A stretch of DNA of 58,222 nucleotides, taken from a virus. Lineage: Duplodnaviria > Caudoviricetes. The stretch lies in IMG/VR virus record IMGVR_UViG_3300045978_000161, positions 1-58,222 of that record. The stretch is one strand, 5' to 3'. The number at the start of each line of letters is the position of its first letter. Position 1 is the stretch's first letter. A model generated the notes under the pieces. It worked only from the letters and a program-made list of their open reading frames with translations. It had not been told where the DNA came from and searched no databases. Positions 54,186 to 58,222 of the stretch are shown here, piece by piece. The position numbers were made by a program, and so were the translations under genes.

Positions 54186-54200
54186 CACCCAGGAGGGACC

Positions 54201-54683
54201 ATGCAAACCGAATCCGATGTTTCCCAGGCGATCGCGCTGCTGCCGGCGATCGACGATCTGCTCGCCTACGAGGCCGAGGCCTTCGACAATGACGAGCCGG
54301 TGGAGGCCGCCGATTTCGTCGACTTCTTCTCGCAGATCCGCCCGCGACTTGTTGAGCTCATGGCGACGGCGCGCGCGACCGAGATCACCACGCTGCTCGA
54401 GCTGGTGGCCGCGGCACTCGACTACAACGCGCCTGACTTCGATGACGAGACCAGCGAGGGTGACTACAAGGTTGGCGGCAACGACGTGCTCGAGTGGTGG
54501 GTCGAGTTCCGGCTGACGCTGCGCCGGGCCTACGCGGCCGCGGCGAACGGCGTCAACGCGCGCACCCAGGCGCTGCTCAATCTGCGGCAGTACATCGTGT
54601 TCGACCCGGAGGGAGATCTGTCCCGCCAGGAATTCGACGCGATGCTCGCGGCCGCGGATCTGGCGATCAAAGGGAGGGCGTGA
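54201..54683 (+). CDS. Acidic hypothetical protein with internal repeat
   Basis: 160 aa, motif SD; DNDEPVEAADFVDFF and GDYKVGGNDVLEWW repeats. Confidence 0.75.
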   Translation: MQTESDVSQAIALLPAIDDLLAYEAEAFDNDEPVEAADFVDFFSQIRPRLVELMATARATEITTLLELVAAALDYNAPDFDDETSEGDYKVGGNDVLEWWVEFRLTLRRAYAAAANGVNARTQALLNLRQYIVFDPEGDLSRQEFDAMLAAADLAIKGRA

Positions 54684-54686
54684 CCC

Positions 54687-54920
54687 ATGGCAATGCGGAA
54701 GAAAAAGGTGCAGCTCGCTATCTACTCGGTGTTCGGGCAGATCGAGCAGGCGGCCGCGAATCACATGCTGCGCGAGGGCCGTGGCACGCGGATCGAGTTT
54801 AAGGACATTCCGGAGGGTGTCCGCTACAACGACAAGAAGGTGCCGGCCGCGTTCGCGATCGTGCTGCGCGGCCCGGAGATCCGCGAGTACGCGAACCTCT
54901 GCGATGCGCTGAAGGCCTGA
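54687..54920 (+). CDS. Hypothetical protein
   Basis: 77 aa, GGAGG SD. Confidence 0.7.
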   Translation: MAMRKKKVQLAIYSVFGQIEQAAANHMLREGRGTRIEFKDIPEGVRYNDKKVPAAFAIVLRGPEIREYANLCDALKA

Positions 54921-54943
54921 TTGATCCGTTGGGGGTAGACAGC

Positions 54944-55231
54944 TCAAGTCCTGGCGCGAGCTGTCGGGGAGGGCGTCTGCGAAAGCCGGCGCCCTCTTTT
55001 TTTCACCCGTGGATACCAGTGGAGTGCGTGCACCTTGGCATCCTTCGGGATCTCCTCCACCGGCCAGCGCAGGCATTTGAGGTGCTGCCGATAGTCGCGC
55101 TTGCTGTCGCGCCGGATCTCTTGCACCAGGTAGCAGGATCCCGCCGGCGTCTTGAGGAAGTGCCCGGGCTCCAGGTCGATCGCGCCGTCGTAGAACAGCT
55201 TGCATGGTGTATATGCCGGCTTGCGCCGCAT
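54944..55231 (-). CDS. Hypothetical basic protein
   Basis: 95 aa, directly follows the glycosyltransferase. Confidence 0.65.
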   Translation of the reverse strand: MRRKPAYTPCKLFYDGAIDLEPGHFLKTPAGSCYLVQEIRRDSKRDYRQHLKCLRWPVEEIPKDAKVHALHWYPRVKKRGRRLSQTPSPTARART

Positions 55232-56005
55232 CTACTTCTGCGCGGCCGCGTTGGTGCGCGAGACGCGGATCGAGATCGCGCTCGATGCCCGCTTGCCTTT
55301 CTTCGCGAACGCCGGCGGCTGGAAGCTCACGTGTTTGCCCCACCGCCGCAGGATCGTTTCGGTGGTGGCCGCGTAACTCTCCGGCGTCACCACGCCGACG
55401 TTGCCGCCGGCGCCGCTGAAGATCCGGCCGACGTCGAAGTAGTAGCGCACGTCCGTGTAGATGCAGCGGTCCTGGAGCAGCGTGCGCAGCGTCCAGTCGA
55501 CCGCTGCGTGTGCAGTGAGCTGCTCGTCATAGTGCCGCTTGCGTGCCGCGCCCATGCAACCCCAGACGGATCCGGCGAGCTGCGTCGGGACGATCGGCCG
55601 GCTGTCGGGGCGGATGATGGTGGTGTTCGGCGTGCGGCTCCAGCAAAAGCACGTCAGGCGCAGATCCGCGCAGCACTGCATCGTGTTCTCGATGACGGCC
55701 AGGATCTCCTCCGCGTCGACGATGTAGCGCTTGTGCCCGACGTTGCACTGAACGCCCTGCAGGTCATCGTCGCTGAACACCAGCGACTCCTCCTGGAAGT
55801 GCTCCATGCACCAGTTGATCACGCGGGGCAGACCGTCGAACGGCGGGTGCAGGACGAGCTGCTCCGCCGGCACGAATGGCGCGTAGTCCGCGCGCTCGCG
55901 CTCGTCGATCACGATGGTGGCCGACGGCAGGAGCCAGCGGATCGTCTCCATGTTGTGCGGCCGCTTGCGCGACGGCACCACGATTCGGTAGGTGGGCAGG
56001 CTCAT
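55232..56005 (-). CDS. GREB1/TAGT-like glycosyltransferase (candidate DNA base modification)
   Basis: IVVPSRKR; VFSDDD (DxD); DWTLR.L; GGN; ILRRWG. Confidence 0.7.
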   Translation of the reverse strand: MSLPTYRIVVPSRKRPHNMETIRWLLPSATIVIDERERADYAPFVPAEQLVLHPPFDGLPRVINWCMEHFQEESLVFSDDDLQGVQCNVGHKRYIVDAEEILAVIENTMQCCADLRLTCFCWSRTPNTTIIRPDSRPIVPTQLAGSVWGCMGAARKRHYDEQLTAHAAVDWTLRTLLQDRCIYTDVRYYFDVGRIFSGAGGNVGVVTPESYAATTETILRRWGKHVSFQPPAFAKKGKRASSAISIRVSRTNAAAQK

Positions 56006-56250
56006 GTCGGCCACCCCGCGAGCTGGTTGCCCGATGGCGGGCTTGGCGTCCAGAGCTTCGCGTACTCCGTGCAGCAGCTCTCGCAGAACAACCGACCAGG
56101 TGCGCGTGGGTGCTTGCCGCACCGGCACAGCCCGCCCGCCGGCGCCGCGGCCGCCGGTGCTGTCTCGAGCTGCTCGCCCATTGCGAAACTTTTCTGGTCC
56201 GGTTTCCCGTTATGCGAAACCTTCACTCGCGATTTCGTGTTACGCCGCAT
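56002..56250 (-). CDS. Small zinc-finger protein
   Basis: CRCGK...FCESC; start uncertain. Confidence 0.4.
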   Translation of the reverse strand: MRRNTKSRVKVSHNGKPDQKSFAMGEQLETAPAAAAPAGGLCRCGKHPRAPGRLFCESCCTEYAKLWTPSPPSGNQLAGWPT

Positions 56251-56710
56251 ACTCCACCCCAGTGTCGAGAAGATCGACCACCCAACTGCAGATGCGTCCG
56301 GCACCTGCATCACGCACTCCATCCCAGGGGCGCGCGTAGTCGGGCCCGCGGCCACGGGCCGCGGTGTGAAAGGAAACTTGCCCCGTCGGGATCTCGATGT
56401 ACAGCACCCACTTGTGGTGCGGCTGCTCCGGATCCTCCGCCCATCCCCACGGGATCGGCGTTGCGAGCTTCTCCAGCGCGTCCACCAGGTTGCCCATTGC
56501 CCACTGCTTGCGATCGTAGGCGGCATCCTTGAACCGGCGGCCGCGGTACTTCTTCGCGCGCGAGCTGCTCTTGTTGGCGCGCACCAGGTTCATCGCGAGC
56601 ACGCCGGCGCTGCCCAGGCGCTCAAGCCTGCGGTACAGCTCCATGGTGCGATCGCCGTCGGAGCCGTCATAGACGCCCATCACGTAAGCGATCGTGTCGG
56701 CGCGGCTCAT
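56240..56710 (-). CDS. Conserved phage hypothetical protein
   Basis: VLYIEIPTGQVSFH...WDG motif. Confidence 0.7.
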   Translation of the reverse strand: MSRADTIAYVMGVYDGSDGDRTMELYRRLERLGSAGVLAMNLVRANKSSSRAKKYRGRRFKDAAYDRKQWAMGNLVDALEKLATPIPWGWAEDPEQPHHKWVLYIEIPTGQVSFHTAARGRGPDYARPWDGVRDAGAGRICSWVVDLLDTGVEYAA

Positions 56711-57345
56711 GGGTTGAACACGCCGTTAGTCAGGTGCCCGTGATAGCCCGGCGTCTGAATCGAGCCCGCGCCGGCGCCGCACGTTCGGCCGCGCTTGTCG
56801 ACGGTGATCATCGGCGGCGTGCCGTGCCGCACCCAACACCGATGCGAGCTGGCGAACTCGCCGACGTCATCCTTCTTGTCGCAGTTGCTGGCCTGGGAGT
56901 CGATACACCAGGTATGCCCGTCGGGGCAGCAGACGTGCAGGCTCATGCCGTCGGGGCCCTTCCAGCGCGCCGGCGACCACCAGGCGTCCCACATCATGCC
57001 CGGCGTCGGATGCCGGATGCTGTGCTCGCGGCCCTCGTCGTCCAGGTAGATAGCCTCACCGAATACCTGTCGCTCCGCGTGCTCCGGCACCGGCTCGTTA
57101 CAGGTGGTGCAGTGGGTCGGCCAGCGCGGATCGCCGTTGAAGCTGCGCGGATCCCACTCCGGGCCCGTGTGGTCGATGTACTGGCCGCCGGCGCCGTCGG
57201 TGTGCGGCTTGAGGACCAGGGCGAACTTGCCGAGCGCGGTCATCGCGTTGTGATATCCGCGGCCGCGACATCCGTCGCCCCAGTACACGCGCAGGTAGCG
57301 CCACTCCTGTTCGGTGCGGTGGACGAAAAAGCACTTGACTCCCAT
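56707..57345 (-). CDS. Cys/His-rich hypothetical protein (DUF6527-like C-terminus)
   Basis: CPDGH.W.ID...C...HRCW...SIQ..GYHG.LTNG. Confidence 0.65.
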   Translation of the reverse strand: MGVKCFFVHRTEQEWRYLRVYWGDGCRGRGYHNAMTALGKFALVLKPHTDGAGGQYIDHTGPEWDPRSFNGDPRWPTHCTTCNEPVPEHAERQVFGEAIYLDDEGREHSIRHPTPGMMWDAWWSPARWKGPDGMSLHVCCPDGHTWCIDSQASNCDKKDDVGEFASSHRCWVRHGTPPMITVDKRGRTCGAGAGSIQTPGYHGHLTNGVFNP

Positions 57346-58142
57346 CACGCCACCGCCGGCGGCGCGGCCGCGGCCGCGTTCAACTTCGCCAGGAGCACCG
57401 TGGCGCGGATCGCGCGGCCGATGCCCATCTTCGCGCGACGCTTCACGGGCGTGAGGCCGAGCTTGTCGATCAGGACGTTCCACTCGTGCGTGGTCTGCGC
57501 GCACACCACGATGAAGTCGTAATGCTCGTGCGGTGCCAGCTCCATTCCCTCGACCACTTTCTCGGTGACCTCCTTGCTGCGCGCGGTGCCGCGCGAGATC
57601 TCGTTGTCCACTTCGGCGAGCAGCTGGCGGAAGAATGCGTTGTCGTCGATCTCCTCATCCTGGTGCTCGAGCAGCGATCGCAGCGCGTCCGCGTCCATGA
57701 TTGCGAGCTCGCCCAACGGGTCGAAGCTGGCGAGCATGAGATCCGCTTCCTGCTCGTTGAGATCGAGCACCAGGCATGGGATCAACTCGTCGCCGGCGAT
57801 GTCCTGCCGCAGATGTCCGTCGAGGATCACCAGGCCCTGCGGTGTCTCGCGCACTGCCACTGCGTCGACCACGCCAATCTTCTCCATCATCGAAGTGAGC
57901 GCGCCGCGCTGCTCGTCGGGATGCTGGCGCCAGTTCTTTTCGTTTTTCAGCAGCTCCGATGCCTTGACCCTGCGCAGCTCTTTCACGCGATCGCGAAAGC
58001 GCGGTGGGATCAGCGGTGCTGCTGACGGTGTGCGTGGTGGTGTCGCCGTGCTGCTGGCGATCTGCTGCTGGCCTGCTGGTGCTGGCGGTGGGTTTGGCGC
58101 TCCAGCTCCCTTCGCTGGCGTGCGACTCTTGCGTGCGGTCAT
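57345..58142 (-). CDS. ParB/Srx-like domain protein of the packaging region
   Basis: KNWRQHP..Q..AL..MEKIG; ILDGHLR; ATG 58142 after GGAG. Confidence 0.85.
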   Translation of the reverse strand: MTARKSRTPAKGAGAPNPPPAPAGQQQIASSTATPPRTPSAAPLIPPRFRDRVKELRRVKASELLKNEKNWRQHPDEQRGALTSMMEKIGVVDAVAVRETPQGLVILDGHLRQDIAGDELIPCLVLDLNEQEADLMLASFDPLGELAIMDADALRSLLEHQDEEIDDNAFFRQLLAEVDNEISRGTARSKEVTEKVVEGMELAPHEHYDFIVVCAQTTHEWNVLIDKLGLTPVKRRAKMGIGRAIRATVLLAKLNAAAAAPPAVA

Positions 58143-58210
58143 GACTGCTCCCCAGAATGCGTGACGAAACGAAATGGCGTTTTTTTGCCTGCGGCCCCTC
58201 AAATTGGGGG

Positions 58211-58222
58211 ATCCGAATTACC
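58211..58222. repeat. 12-bp terminal direct repeat (right copy)
   Basis: Identical to 1-12. Confidence 0.9.

Noticed and set aside
7113-54197. CCCAGGAGGG repeats as a CRISPR array or integron-like attC sites
   Set aside because: Only 10 bp, irregularly spaced, always at SD position; no cas or integrase gene.
51682-56743. ORFs of about 600 aa at 51682-53475 (-), 53472-55343 (-) and 54929-56743 (+)
   Set aside because: They overlap well-supported genes on the opposite strand and have shadow-like composition.
1-58222. tRNA, rRNA, IS elements, reverse transcriptase/DGR
   Set aside because: No cloverleaf, transposase, RT motif or adenine-variant repeat pair was seen by eye; a tRNAscan/HMM run is needed to exclude them formally.

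Overview
This window looks like a complete 58.2-kb, high-GC tailed (siphovirus-type) phage genome. The same 12 bp (ATCCGAATTACC) sits at both ends, possibly the cos site of its lambda gpA-type terminase. The host is probably a proteobacterium, inferred from CsrA, ArdB and a GH108 endolysin. The minus-strand late arm encodes a ParB-like protein and a GREB1/TAGT-like glycosyltransferase, TerS/TerL, gpW, portal, S49 protease, decoration protein and capsid, then a five-gene glycosyl/methyltransferase block, tail tube, frameshifted chaperone, tape measure, tail tip and lysis genes. Two plus-strand accessory cassettes interrupt it: 19.9-25.8 kb (RadC, DUF3560, DUF6011, HTH) and 51.7-54.9 kb (beta-clamp fragment, RarA C-terminal fragment, ArdB). 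I recognised no integrase, CI repressor, polymerase, primase or initiator. Best candidate novel system: the operon downstream of cro (about 4.5-6.4 kb) is a string of tiny ORFs that copy short segments of the phage's own late proteins (tail-tip N-terminus, portal, tape-measure C-terminus, possibly TerS). Two carry twin-arginine-like leaders, suggesting an early-expressed array of decoys or mimics. Second candidate: two CsrA-family genes, one an apparent single-chain pseudo-dimer, plus nine exact CCCAGGAGGG GGA-hairpin ribosome-binding sites on plus-strand genes and a CANGGANG hairpin in a minus-strand leader. All family calls and alignments were made by eye; no database searches were run.
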